Of a stretch of 60,485 nt of DNA, positions 1 through 9,766 are shown piece by piece. The notes beneath the pieces were generated by a model. The model ran no database searches. It saw only the letters and a program-made list of their open reading frames with translations, and was not told the DNA's origin. This DNA comes from a virus (taxonomy: Duplodnaviria; Caudoviricetes): the IMG/VR virus record IMGVR_UViG_3300022074_004529, positions 1 to 60,485 of that record; one strand, 5' to 3'. Position 1 is the stretch's first letter, and each line of letters opens with the position of its first letter. The translations under genes were made by a program, and so were the position numbers.

Positions 1-513
1 CTGTTTCCAGTCTTTTACCCAACCTGATGAATCATGTGGACTACACATAACGCACCCCAACTGACATTTCGTCCCCATACGGATATCAATATACCGTAGT
101 TTGCTAGTAGTACTTCCATCTTCATACGTCTGTTCAATAAGCTCATCTAGATTTACTCCATTGTTCAACCAATATTCAGTTTCCCATTGACGTTTAGATC
201 TGTGTCCAGCCGCCTCTTCTTTGTAACACTTTAAACAACTAGCAGGCTTTTCACCATTAAGCATCATTTGTCTTACGCTTCTGTAATAAGTATTATTCCA
301 TGCACTATCTAAGTCTGAAGTGTTAAGGTTGGCTGGTTTGCCATCTTCTAGTTTTACAATTCCTACTCTACCGCCATGTACTTTATCGTTTGTGGCACCC
401 ACGCTTGATGCGTTTGCTGTACAGCATACACGCATTGAACCGTCAGGTCTTGTGGACAAATGAATCCACGGTAAGATACAAAATGTATCACTAGGTAATT
501 TATGATCCGGCAT
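1..513 (-). CDS. Radical SAM protein with N-terminal SPASM/twitch-type Cys domain (3' end truncated by window edge)
   Basis: Not in ORF track; manual translation from ATG at 513: MPDHKLPSDTFCILPW...VCC...CLKC...IRMGTKCQLGCVMC (CxxxCxxC); TAATG coupling with upstream stop. Confidence 0.85.
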   Translation of the reverse strand, partial: MPDHKLPSDTFCILPWIHLSTRPDGSMRVCCTANASSVGATNDKVHGGRVGIVKLEDGKPANLNTSDLDSAWNNTYYRSVRQMMLNGEKPASCLKCYKEEAAGHRSKRQWETEYWLNNGVNLDELIEQTYEDGSTTSKLRYIDIRMGTKCQLGCVMCSPHDSSGWVKDWKQ

Positions 514-1217
514 TAATTAATCCTATGCTCTGTTGATGCGTTGCTTTGTCTTATTAGTTCTATTGTTTTTTCAGTAGTACTACCTGTAATTTGTAGAGCG
601 GGTCTTTTACGCCAACTGCCGTTCCATGTTAAATGTGGTAGTGTTGACCACTCCCAACATAAAGCCATTCCAGCCTTCCATTGTGAGTATATTTTATTTC
701 CAAACTGTAGTATCTGTCCAGGCTCCCAATCTTCAAGCATAATTAAAAAACGTATCTTGTCTGGTTCTTGATATTTAAAGTCTGGATTATCTATCACTCG
801 CTCTGGACGTGGATTTCCAGGTAAGTTATCAATATGCCACATAAGTTGATCATTTGGAAACTGATCATTGAACTTTTGTGTAAGTTTCTTTTCTGTATTC
901 ATTTGTAGATAGTCTACAATCTTTTCAAATGTAGGGCAAACACCCGGATGCTTATCAAAATTAATTTTACGAAACATTACTGCTTCAGGCTTTCCATCAG
1001 GATTTTCTTTATCTTCTTCTACGTGGTCTTTACTTTTTGCGTTAGCCGCATGTCCATAGTCCTGCTTATTATAGGGTTGGTCTTGCACGCCAACATCTCG
1101 AGCCGCGATAATATCTGCGTCCCAATCACCTTGAAAATGCCCAATACATTTTACGTATTCTCCATCTTCATCAACTTTAAATTTATCAAAGTGCCACGGT
1201 TGTTTAAATAAATTCAT
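513..1217 (-). CDS. 2OG/Fe(II)-dependent oxygenase-like (AspH/cupin-type) protein
   Basis: WHID (HxD), distal PH, C-terminal R; RFLIMLEDWEPGQILQFGN shared with 7964..8923. Confidence 0.6.
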   Translation of the reverse strand: MNLFKQPWHFDKFKVDEDGEYVKCIGHFQGDWDADIIAARDVGVQDQPYNKQDYGHAANAKSKDHVEEDKENPDGKPEAVMFRKINFDKHPGVCPTFEKIVDYLQMNTEKKLTQKFNDQFPNDQLMWHIDNLPGNPRPERVIDNPDFKYQEPDKIRFLIMLEDWEPGQILQFGNKIYSQWKAGMALCWEWSTLPHLTWNGSWRKRPALQITGSTTEKTIELIRQSNASTEHRIN

Positions 1218-1221
1218 TCTC

Positions 1222-1935
1222 TTATACTTTCTGCCACCACCAAATGTACCAGCATTTTAAAACATTAGGAACGCCAACAGGTTCTCCTCTTGATCTTCTT
1301 CCTTGTTCATTAGTAATTATCTCCTGCTGACGAGGATCATCAAACTTTTGCAAAAACTCTGCTAAGTCCTTATCACTTAAATCTTGTAATCTTACTTGTC
1401 GGAGTTCCACTGGCTTAACAATTTTAAACCCTAGTTCTTCTCCCCATTCTCTTATATTATCAATGCCCCATAAAAATAAATGTCCACGCAACGGCGGAGT
1501 TTTGCGTGGTCTATATAATGTTTCAACATCACTACGTACACGCATTATTACTCTTCCGCCTGGTTTTAGCCACTTGTGTACATATTTTAAATTATTATAT
1601 ATCTCACCTGCTTTGTCTTCTTTTGAATGACTTGTGTGTATTGAACCTAAGCAAAATACAAAGTCTGCTGTACCTGGTTGTGTATGTTCATCAAATACAG
1701 GATACTCACATGTGTAATCATTTGTTTCCAAATGTGCCCAATCAAATCCTGTAACGTTTTGTACTTTATTCTTCCAGATATTTTGCCCACAACCTGCATC
1801 AATTACATATTGTGGTTCATAACTATTTATTTGATCTGCAAAACTATCCATAGGATCTGTGCTATGGTAAGCGTTGTTTATTTCGTTATGATAAAAGCCT
1901 TCTTCTATATGTTTTCTGTAGTATACACCCGTCAT
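1222..1935 (-). CDS. Class I SAM-dependent methyltransferase
   Basis: VIDAGCG motif I, GFD, CLGSI, LKPGG. Confidence 0.75.
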   Translation of the reverse strand: MTGVYYRKHIEEGFYHNEINNAYHSTDPMDSFADQINSYEPQYVIDAGCGQNIWKNKVQNVTGFDWAHLETNDYTCEYPVFDEHTQPGTADFVFCLGSIHTSHSKEDKAGEIYNNLKYVHKWLKPGGRVIMRVRSDVETLYRPRKTPPLRGHLFLWGIDNIREWGEELGFKIVKPVELRQVRLQDLSDKDLAEFLQKFDDPRQQEIITNEQGRRSRGEPVGVPNVLKCWYIWWWQKV

Positions 1936-2585
1936 GTAATTTGTGCAACCGCCATGTATTTGTCATCAGGCCATCTTTTAATAATACTTGCTTCGTCTTT
2001 TTTAACGCCAGGAATAATATTAAGTGATTCATTTGGGTTCCATTCTCCCCACTTCATATTCTTACGCATTGCAAAGTCTACAATTTTACATGTCTCTTCA
2101 AATATTAGAGGACGCATTGTATTATAGTCCTTGTATCCGGGTCTGTAATCTGGCCAATGATCTTCACTAAAGTCCATTACATTACACCACCATGCAAAAC
2201 TTGCTTGAGCTTCTTTGTATAGTAGGATTATGTAATCACCCTTAAAGTTTTCCCATAACCAATCCAAGTTATGATGTCTAGCGAAGAAATGGGATTTTAT
2301 TATCCTATATCCTTCGCCAGAAAATACTTGGTCAATATCGTGTTGTACCTGTTCTTTTGTTTTATAATTTAGATTATTCCAGTCTTCACCACAGCCCATG
2401 CCAGGTCCCCAATAAGCACCTTTGTGTCCATTGTTTACATCTCCTGGTACGTTTACCCTATGGTAAAACAAACGCTCTGGAGTTTCATCTGTCTGATCAC
2501 AGGGTAAGCATCTACGAAGTTGAATATCAACTCCACTCCATTTACTTCCTGGTACTCCACAAAACCAAATATTCTTTTTCATCAT
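1932..2585 (-). CDS. Sulfotransferase-like P-loop protein
   Basis: N-terminal WFCGVPGSKWS, IIKSH; paralogue of 4984..5661 and 58075..58770. Confidence 0.5.
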   Translation of the reverse strand: MMKKNIWFCGVPGSKWSGVDIQLRRCLPCDQTDETPERLFYHRVNVPGDVNNGHKGAYWGPGMGCGEDWNNLNYKTKEQVQHDIDQVFSGEGYRIIKSHFFARHHNLDWLWENFKGDYIILLYKEAQASFAWWCNVMDFSEDHWPDYRPGYKDYNTMRPLIFEETCKIVDFAMRKNMKWGEWNPNESLNIIPGVKKDEASIIKRWPDDKYMAVAQIT

Positions 2586-2592
2586 TTACTCC

Positions 2593-3450
2593 TTAACCTG
2601 AGAAGTTATCTACAAGCTCATTTGACTCTGCGTCGTCGAACTTACCACGTGCCATTGGATCCCAATCCTTAGCATCAGCTGGCATTGTGTGGAATGGCTT
2701 ACCTTTAGCCATGTGCTTCTCTTCACTTAAATCGATACCATATGCTTCTTCTAGCATTTCGGCAGTTTCTTTAAGAGCAACATTACCCATACAGTTGATC
2801 CAATACATTCTTTCGAACATTTTTGGAAGTGTATTCATAACTTTATCCTGTTCTTCTTGATTGAGGTGACATGTACGCTCTAGTGTACGAGCACCAATTT
2901 TACTGTGGAATGTTTCATCCTTAGCAATTTTTGCATATGTACGCTTAACTACTGGATCAGCGATTGCACGTGACATTGCAAACCATACACGGCCTGCACG
3001 ACCTTCAGCAACCATTTGGTAAACTGCTGTAAGTGACTCATCACCTTCTGCGCCAATCTCATCAAACATTGAAGCACCTTTTGCTTTAATGTTTTCTGGA
3101 GCCATTTGCCATGCAAATTCTTTTTCAATTTCTTCGTCAGCCATTGGTTGGCCTGAAAGATATTCGATTACGTTTTTAACCATATCGTAATGCTTTGCTT
3201 CATCTAATACTTGCTTAGAAATTAATTTTACTTGTACTGGGTCTGTTGAAGCTGGTAACTGTGCAAGTGTCTTTGCAATTTCAACAACGTTCATACGCTC
3301 ATTAAACATTCTACGCTTGAAGTTAAAAATGCACTCATCCAAATCTGGGTTTGAACGGAAGTATGCTTCTGTTTGTAGCTCACTTGCTTTAAACAAAGGT
3401 TCGATAGTTTCTTCTACCTTTTTAACAAATTCTTTACCTGTTAACGCCAT
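2593..3450 (-). CDS. Ferritin-like diiron four-helix-bundle protein
   Basis: E..DEAKH and E..DETFH paired diiron motifs. Confidence 0.7.
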   Translation of the reverse strand: MALTGKEFVKKVEETIEPLFKASELQTEAYFRSNPDLDECIFNFKRRMFNERMNVVEIAKTLAQLPASTDPVQVKLISKQVLDEAKHYDMVKNVIEYLSGQPMADEEIEKEFAWQMAPENIKAKGASMFDEIGAEGDESLTAVYQMVAEGRAGRVWFAMSRAIADPVVKRTYAKIAKDETFHSKIGARTLERTCHLNQEEQDKVMNTLPKMFERMYWINCMGNVALKETAEMLEEAYGIDLSEEKHMAKGKPFHTMPADAKDWDPMARGKFDDAESNELVDNFSG

Positions 3451-3451
3451 T

Positions 3452-4009
3452 TTATTCTCCTATTAATGACTTATATTCATCTGGCATCCAGTGATTATCT
3501 TTATCACGCTCTGGGTGCCATACTACTGCTAGGCTATTGCCTAACATCCAGCTTTCTATATTTCCTGACTTGTCGGTTACAAGTACTTCTGCATCATTGG
3601 GTGCTTTTGTAATTGCACTGCCGTGGTAACTGTTAAGCGTAATATCATTACCCTTATATGTTGCCAGATGCTCTGTACGTCTGTGTCCTTCAATAGGTAC
3701 TAGCTCGCCTCCCCATAACTGTGTTAGTAAAAATGCACCATGGCATATTCCTAACACTGGCTTCTCACGCATTCTAAATTGCTTTAGCATTTCTATTTCT
3801 ACTAGCAGTCTTTGTGGGTGATCATCTCCTCCACTTAATACTAGTAGATCATGAGTAGCGGCTAGATTAATAAAGTTTTGGTTTGCTTTGTTGTGAAGTG
3901 CAGTAATTTCCCAATCTCTAAACATGCTAAAAAAGCCACGCTCTAAAGCATCAAATTGAAACTCACTGCCGTTCCTCAAAGTACGAGTACTAATCAGAAC
4001 TTTGTTCAT
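3452..4009 (-). CDS. Class I glutamine amidotransferase / peptidase C26 (gamma-glutamyl hydrolase-like)
   Basis: LSGG, GICHG nucleophile Cys, NSYH, WHPE triad. Confidence 0.85.
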   Translation of the reverse strand: MNKVLISTRTLRNGSEFQFDALERGFFSMFRDWEITALHNKANQNFINLAATHDLLVLSGGDDHPQRLLVEIEMLKQFRMREKPVLGICHGAFLLTQLWGGELVPIEGHRRTEHLATYKGNDITLNSYHGSAITKAPNDAEVLVTDKSGNIESWMLGNSLAVVWHPERDKDNHWMPDEYKSLIGE

Positions 4010-4997
4010 TACTAGCTATCCTAAAATCATCGATTGCACTGGCTGTACCACCTGTGTGGTAGCCAATATCCTCACTTAACATGGCATAGAAAGGAGCCAT
4101 GTCGATTTGTTCTACAATTTCCATTTTACGCACATTGAACTTGGTGTTACCTTCATTTTCAATAACATCCTTTGCTTGAAACTTGCAACGAAAGCATTGA
4201 TAATCTCCATATGCTCCACATAATACCCATTCACGTAGTACCCAATCCAAAGGTGCTAGTGCAATGCCACTGTTATACTTCTTACTAATAGGAATACGCT
4301 TTGCAGGATCTGAATCCTGATACTCAGCATCAAATACTTTGCCTACACTATACTTAATTGCAGGGTGGTAAATTCCTTTACCGTCAGCCGCTGATAGTTT
4401 ATAGCCGTAAAACCAATCTTCAGGATCAGCCTGTTCAAAGTTAACTTTTGTATCATAAAAGAAACGTGGTATTCCGCCTGTCCAGGTAAACTGTACATCA
4501 CGTAGGTTTACTCCACGTAGTTTATTCTTATCCATGATAGCATGTTTGATTCGGCAATCACGTAAATTAACTTTACGCATATCATTACCAATGATTGTAG
4601 CATAGTTTAAATTACTATCCCACATATTAACATGTAGCATGTTACATGCTTCAAAGTTTGCACCAATAAAGTAACCTTCTTTGAGCTGTGCTTCACGCAT
4701 GTTTACATTAATAAAATTTGCACCATCTGCATTTACACGATTTACAAGAGCACTTCTCATACCGCACTTGTAAAAACTTGTACCTGTTAGGTTTGCTCCT
4801 GTAAAATCACATTCATCAAATAGTAGACCATCAAAATGCATACCACTAAGGTCTGCACCACGAAAGTCAATGTTATCTAATTTAAGTTTTCCATCTCCTG
4901 GTGTTCTGTCGTGCTGGCTATGTGCTCTTGGTAAGGTTTCCATCAGGGTTTTTAAATCATCCTGATATCTTACTCTGCCCTGTCTAGTCTTTAGCAT
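3990..4997 (-). CDS. Pentapeptide repeat protein with a non-repeat C-terminal domain
   Basis: A(D/N)(L/F)xx repeats (GADLSG, GANLTG, GANF); C-domain GYKL...YSVGKVF. Confidence 0.8.
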   Translation of the reverse strand: MLKTRQGRVRYQDDLKTLMETLPRAHSQHDRTPGDGKLKLDNIDFRGADLSGMHFDGLLFDECDFTGANLTGTSFYKCGMRSALVNRVNADGANFINVNMREAQLKEGYFIGANFEACNMLHVNMWDSNLNYATIIGNDMRKVNLRDCRIKHAIMDKNKLRGVNLRDVQFTWTGGIPRFFYDTKVNFEQADPEDWFYGYKLSAADGKGIYHPAIKYSVGKVFDAEYQDSDPAKRIPISKKYNSGIALAPLDWVLREWVLCGAYGDYQCFRCKFQAKDVIENEGNTKFNVRKMEIVEQIDMAPFYAMLSEDIGYHTGGTASAIDDFRIASNEQSSD

Positions 4998-5661
4998 GGT
5001 CTTTTCCTCTGTATAAAATTGGCCAGAGAGTATTATCTAGCTCTTGTGTGTAGTTTTGAAATGTTTGTTTACGCTCGTAAACCTCGGGCCAGGAATGTTC
5101 CAGCCATTTGTCGATATCTGCGACACTGTGTGAAAACTTGAGTTCGTTATCTCTAACAAACTTATACATGTATTTATTCTCGATGTTCGCTTGACGCTCT
5201 AAAACGTCACTCGTTCCGTACCATTTATAATTAGGATATGTAATATCCCAACTACCACTTTCATGCCACCATCTTAGGCTGATATTAGGTTCCCTGAATA
5301 CTAATAGTATCCACATTTCAGGACAGTTCTCTTTTATCCAATCCAATTGATAACTAAACCAATGACAGCGTATAAACCTAAATGGCCTAGGATCGTTTGG
5401 ATCAAACTCATGATCTAATTGGGCTCTAAACTGATCAGCACCTATTAAATCTAAATGATCAAACTGTTCACCAAGTCTATTATATGGCCCCCAGAAACTA
5501 TACATATGTCCTGTTAGATTATTAGGATAATCCATTTGTGGTTCCCACCAACTACTCTGATCACATAAATCTGGTAATGCTCTGTCTATAATGGATTCTA
5601 CTCTTCCCCATCTACTGCCTGGAATGCCTACTGTAAGCACGTATTGTTTATTCGATTTCAT
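4984..5661 (-). CDS. Sulfotransferase-like P-loop protein
   Basis: TVGIPGSRWG, FWGP, IRCHWF, VFREP. Confidence 0.5.
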   Translation of the reverse strand: MKSNKQYVLTVGIPGSRWGRVESIIDRALPDLCDQSSWWEPQMDYPNNLTGHMYSFWGPYNRLGEQFDHLDLIGADQFRAQLDHEFDPNDPRPFRFIRCHWFSYQLDWIKENCPEMWILLVFREPNISLRWWHESGSWDITYPNYKWYGTSDVLERQANIENKYMYKFVRDNELKFSHSVADIDKWLEHSWPEVYERKQTFQNYTQELDNTLWPILYRGKDHAKD

Positions 5662-6457
5662 TTACTAGCCTATTCGCAAAATGTTGGTTACTTAAAATAC
5701 CTGGGTGAGCACAATCTCTGCCCAAGTCTATCATATCTTCTGGTGTATATATTATACACTGAAACTTATCGTACTGTGGTGGTAGTTTAAAATGTTTTCT
5801 GTTCCTTGCTAATAAAAATACAAGTTTAGCATTTGGAAATGTATTCATTAAAAACGATTCAAACATAATAAGTATATCATTGTTAGTTTGTAATAGCATT
5901 TGTCTATAGTACTTACGCATACTATTATCCATATCATTTTTCATGTTAATGAAATAGTTTAAAGCCCAGCCAGACTCAGCAATAAAACGTGTGTCATTTA
6001 TACATATAATATCTGGATTATATGATTTGCCTATAGTACGAAGTGGCTCTACAAGTTCTGTTAGACAATCATAATCACTCATGTTCATATAGTCGTAGCC
6101 CATTTCCTTAGCGGCCAAATATACACAACTGTTTTCAACAGGTACGCCTGTACCTAATGTCATGCTTCCACCAGCGTATAGTATTTTCTTCTTTGCATAA
6201 AAGTTTGGCTCAGGACCTCTCCAACCAAAACTATTCCAGTCATAAGTAAAGTCATTACCACGCCAATCATAATCCTGTATAAGATGACTTGTGAATATAT
6301 CTCTGCCTTTACATCCTAATTCAAAGTTTTCAATAAGATCTCTACCATACCCTTGAACACTTGTGTTGGGCACTCGCTTTTGTTTGTATGTTTTCGCAAA
6401 ATTAATACGTCTGTATTCACGAATTTCATCGTCAGACATCCATAGGGGATCAGTCAT
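5648..6457 (-). CDS. SGNH/GDSL-fold-like protein
   Basis: NSFGWRG, GGSMTLG (block I), RDCAHPG (DxxH). Confidence 0.55.
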   Translation of the reverse strand: MTDPLWMSDDEIREYRRINFAKTYKQKRVPNTSVQGYGRDLIENFELGCKGRDIFTSHLIQDYDWRGNDFTYDWNSFGWRGPEPNFYAKKKILYAGGSMTLGTGVPVENSCVYLAAKEMGYDYMNMSDYDCLTELVEPLRTIGKSYNPDIICINDTRFIAESGWALNYFINMKNDMDNSMRKYYRQMLLQTNNDILIMFESFLMNTFPNAKLVFLLARNRKHFKLPPQYDKFQCIIYTPEDMIDLGRDCAHPGILSNQHFANRLVNEIE

Positions 6458-7967
6458 TTATTTTATTAATATACTCGTCTACTGTTAGGTTGTTTCTAAT
6501 AAGATGTTCATAGTGTTTTTTACTCATGTTTTTAAAGAACACATAATCTTCAACATCTTCTACACTAATATCTTCTAGCTCATTAGCATAAGTTTTTTCA
6601 AAACCCATAATCATACTAATTAGGTTAAATCTATTGAACTTTGTTTCACCTGATTCGCACCATCTATCTGATTTGAAACTATCAGCATAATCACTTACTT
6701 CTTGTACTGCGTCATGTCCTTGTGCAACATTACGCCAGTATTCACTATCCTGTCTTTCACTTAGAATATAATGATAATATACAAAACGTTTGTTATGATC
6801 AATAATTCTATGCATAAATTTACTTAGAGCTTTACTCTTTGTAGCATTCCAGGTATTATGTTTATTATATAGTTCTTCAAAAGACCTTGCAGTACTACAC
6901 GTAATCATTAAACTTGTAGCCTCTAAGGGTTCAATGAAGCTCTGTGATAGCCCATTAGCAATAACGTTTTTAACTGCTACTTCGTTACATCTGCCTGCAT
7001 CAAACTGTATACGCCTAACTGGTTCATACTTTATACCTTGATCAGCATAAAAACTTACAATACGTTCTTCTGCTTCATCATCTGTGGTATGATCTGAGCT
7101 GTATACAAATCCACTTCCCCAACGTTCTGCTGTTGGTATCTTCCATATCCAACCGTCCTTTTGTGCGAAGGCTTGTGTGCATGGTTTAAATGGTATGTCA
7201 GTCATTGCTGTACCTGCAATAGCTCTGTTGTTTGGTATTAAAGGATAATAACTATTCCACTCTGTAAGTTCACCTATAAGTAATTTCTTAAAACCTGTAC
7301 AATCAAAGTATACATCACCCTGTACTATTTGTCCATCTTCTAGAATAATACTTTCAACACCATCTTCATCAAAGTTTACATGCATAACTTTCTTTTGTAT
7401 TTCCTCAATAGGAAACTTACAAGCATTTTTCATTGCTTGTCCAAACTTATGTGCATTTACATGGTAACTAAATCCAGGAAAATTTGTTATTGTATTTCTG
7501 CCTGCATGATCATAAGGTGATAGTCCACGTTCTAATAGTGTTTCACCTGGACCATGTAAGTCGTTATAATCTCTACTCTTACCACTACCTTTGTTTACTG
7601 ATAGAAAATAATCACAACTTGTTCTACCAATCTTTGCATTATATTTTCCTAAGTCCTGGAGTGGGCTATGCATAATCTCATAAGGATATATGTCATCAAA
7701 TGTATGAAACCAACGACTGCCTTCTCTATTCCAGTCTAAAAATTCTACGCCATACTTAAATGTTGCCTCACATTGTCGCATCCAATCAGCCTCTTCAATG
7801 CCAATTTTCTTTGCTATGTGTTGAATAGTTGGTGTGGTTGATTCTCCTACACCTATTGTTTCAACTAAATCTGTATGTATTATAGTAACTTCTGCTTCTA
7901 CTGTACTGGCAAGGTAACTAGCAGTAATCCAACCAGCTGAACCTCCACCCACAACTACAATTTTCAT
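6450..7967 (-). CDS. Flavin-dependent halogenase (tryptophan halogenase/PrnA family)
   Basis: GGGSAG FAD motif, IGVGEST, ATFK catalytic Lys region, WIWKIP (WxWxIP), FIEPLEATS. Confidence 0.9.
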   Translation of the reverse strand: MKIVVVGGGSAGWITASYLASTVEAEVTIIHTDLVETIGVGESTTPTIQHIAKKIGIEEADWMRQCEATFKYGVEFLDWNREGSRWFHTFDDIYPYEIMHSPLQDLGKYNAKIGRTSCDYFLSVNKGSGKSRDYNDLHGPGETLLERGLSPYDHAGRNTITNFPGFSYHVNAHKFGQAMKNACKFPIEEIQKKVMHVNFDEDGVESIILEDGQIVQGDVYFDCTGFKKLLIGELTEWNSYYPLIPNNRAIAGTAMTDIPFKPCTQAFAQKDGWIWKIPTAERWGSGFVYSSDHTTDDEAEERIVSFYADQGIKYEPVRRIQFDAGRCNEVAVKNVIANGLSQSFIEPLEATSLMITCSTARSFEELYNKHNTWNATKSKALSKFMHRIIDHNKRFVYYHYILSERQDSEYWRNVAQGHDAVQEVSDYADSFKSDRWCESGETKFNRFNLISMIMGFEKTYANELEDISVEDVEDYVFFKNMSKKHYEHLIRNNLTVDEYINKIND

Positions 7968-8923
7968 AATTTTATGACTCTTTCTGGATCTGGATCCGCA
8001 ATCATGTCACGAGTCTTATCGCTAATAAATCCGGTAATTTGAAATGTTAGACGTGGTGTAAAGCCAAAGTTGGCTGTACCATGAGGCACGTTACACCAAT
8101 CATATGTAACAACTGTGCCTGACTTGTAGCCTTGATGGTAATAATTACCAAATTGCCACACATGTCCATACTCCCAATCCTGTAAATGAATTAGAAAACG
8201 TCTTAAACGTAGTGGGTCTTTATCCCCTCCACCATCTAACCAAATCTTACGCCAACCCGGACGGGCATATCTCATCTGTTGATCTATATGTATTGGCGTC
8301 ACTTGTCCTAACTTTTGAATATGAATACGGCTTTGATGTACATCTATGCCCAGAGCATCAATAGCCTTAAAGCAAACATCATATTCGGGTACGTCTTTTC
8401 TTTTAACGAAAAACTCTTGTTTCTTTTCATTCCACTTTAGTCCTAGTATATGATCGTGATATAGATTGCTTACATCTGCATCACTTCCTGTAGCACGTTT
8501 AATATCCTGTAACTCACCATCATGTAAGTCCTGATCTTGTCTGCTACTGTGTCTAGGTCTATAGTTTCCTATAGTCATTTCTTTTGCTTCTTGCAAAGAA
8601 TAGTTTATTGCATCAGTCCAATCTGCTTCGAGTCTGCAGGGTATCTGAATAATCTCAGGATCTGCTGGTGCCATTGGATCAAAGTGAAATGAGCTTCTTA
8701 ACTTATTATGTTCCCATCTACTTGGTACGCCGTCAACTGTAAACACGTTCATATTAGATTGATCATGTAGTTTAAGTTGATCCTCGCTATACATATCGTC
8801 ACTGTAATTTTTATCGCGAGTAAGATAAACACCTTCCTGTTTTTCAATAGTAGTGTCTGTGTTCTGAATTAGGTCATCAATTTTATCACCACTATAATAA
8901 TTTACATCTGTTTTTTCTTTCAA
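7964..8923 (-). CDS. 2OG/Fe(II)-dependent oxygenase-like protein
   Basis: PIHID, RRFLIHLQDWEYGHVWQFGN, PHGTAN..R; paralogue of 513..1217. Confidence 0.6.
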   Translation of the reverse strand: MKEKTDVNYYSGDKIDDLIQNTDTTIEKQEGVYLTRDKNYSDDMYSEDQLKLHDQSNMNVFTVDGVPSRWEHNKLRSSFHFDPMAPADPEIIQIPCRLEADWTDAINYSLQEAKEMTIGNYRPRHSSRQDQDLHDGELQDIKRATGSDADVSNLYHDHILGLKWNEKKQEFFVKRKDVPEYDVCFKAIDALGIDVHQSRIHIQKLGQVTPIHIDQQMRYARPGWRKIWLDGGGDKDPLRLRRFLIHLQDWEYGHVWQFGNYYHQGYKSGTVVTYDWCNVPHGTANFGFTPRLTFQITGFISDKTRDMIADPDPERVIKL

Positions 8924-9561
8924 CGTTTGTCTCCCATGGTGTTAGGCAACATCTTATGTATTGATCTAATATTATTTTCTGTAAGATATAGACTCATTAG
9001 CACGTGATATATGCCACCCTCAAAAGCAAAACTTCCGTGTTGCTTACGAGTATTTAGTATGTATGCTTTTCCGGGTTTAAAATCGTGCAATGAATTGTCA
9101 TATATGAAATTCCACTGATGACGTTCAGTCTTGTTAAGTGGAATAAAAATACGCATTTGAGGATTAAATTTCCATGCGTCACGATGCAATGAAAAGAACC
9201 CGCCTTCGTCTATTTTAATACAGCGACAGCGAGCTAATTTTTCCCAACAATCAAAGAATGATTTTAGACTAGGTAATGCATGTAAATGTTCTGTGTATTC
9301 TTGGTCTGCGTTGTGTTTATCCTTACTATCAACGCCTATGCTTTTTGTATCACCTGTGAGGTTCAAAGCATGTTTTCCATTTGGACCTGTAATAAATTGA
9401 GAATCTAATTGTTCTAATTGATCAAGGATTTCCTGTACGTTAAATTGCCAATCAAGCTCAATAACGTCTCCGTAACTATTCAGTAAGGTTAGTAGTTTTA
9501 TTTCTGTATCGTTCATTTTTTGACTTACCATGTTGTTCGTCCATCTTTCTAATGTGTTCAA
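8920..9561 (-). CDS. Aspartyl/asparaginyl beta-hydroxylase-like 2OG/Fe oxygenase (true start probably a downstream ATG)
   Basis: LHRD, RIFIPL, G..YILNTRKQHG. Confidence 0.65.
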   Translation of the reverse strand: MNTLERWTNNMVSQKMNDTEIKLLTLLNSYGDVIELDWQFNVQEILDQLEQLDSQFITGPNGKHALNLTGDTKSIGVDSKDKHNADQEYTEHLHALPSLKSFFDCWEKLARCRCIKIDEGGFFSLHRDAWKFNPQMRIFIPLNKTERHQWNFIYDNSLHDFKPGKAYILNTRKQHGSFAFEGGIYHVLMSLYLTENNIRSIHKMLPNTMGDKR

Positions 9562-9766
9562 TACGCATTATCTGATGGTACATTTTAATAACACCCTTAG
9601 GTGCATCTGCTTTCCAGACCCAAGGTAGTAAGCCGTGTACGACACTTTTGAACGCTATTACGATTAGAGCCCAGCTATTTTGTAGACTATGCCACAAATG
9701 ATACCAGTAACCCCAACCTGTTTCAACTTTTAAATGATGGTAACCTGCCTTTAACCATTTTATCAT
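9476..9766 (-). CDS. Small membrane protein, DUF6356-like
   Basis: HL...Y..HL....HGLLP pattern, hydrophobic core. Confidence 0.45.
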   Translation of the reverse strand: MIKWLKAGYHHLKVETGWGYWYHLWHSLQNSWALIVIAFKSVVHGLLPWVWKADAPKGVIKMYHQIMRIEHIRKMDEQHGKSKNERYRNKTTNLTE

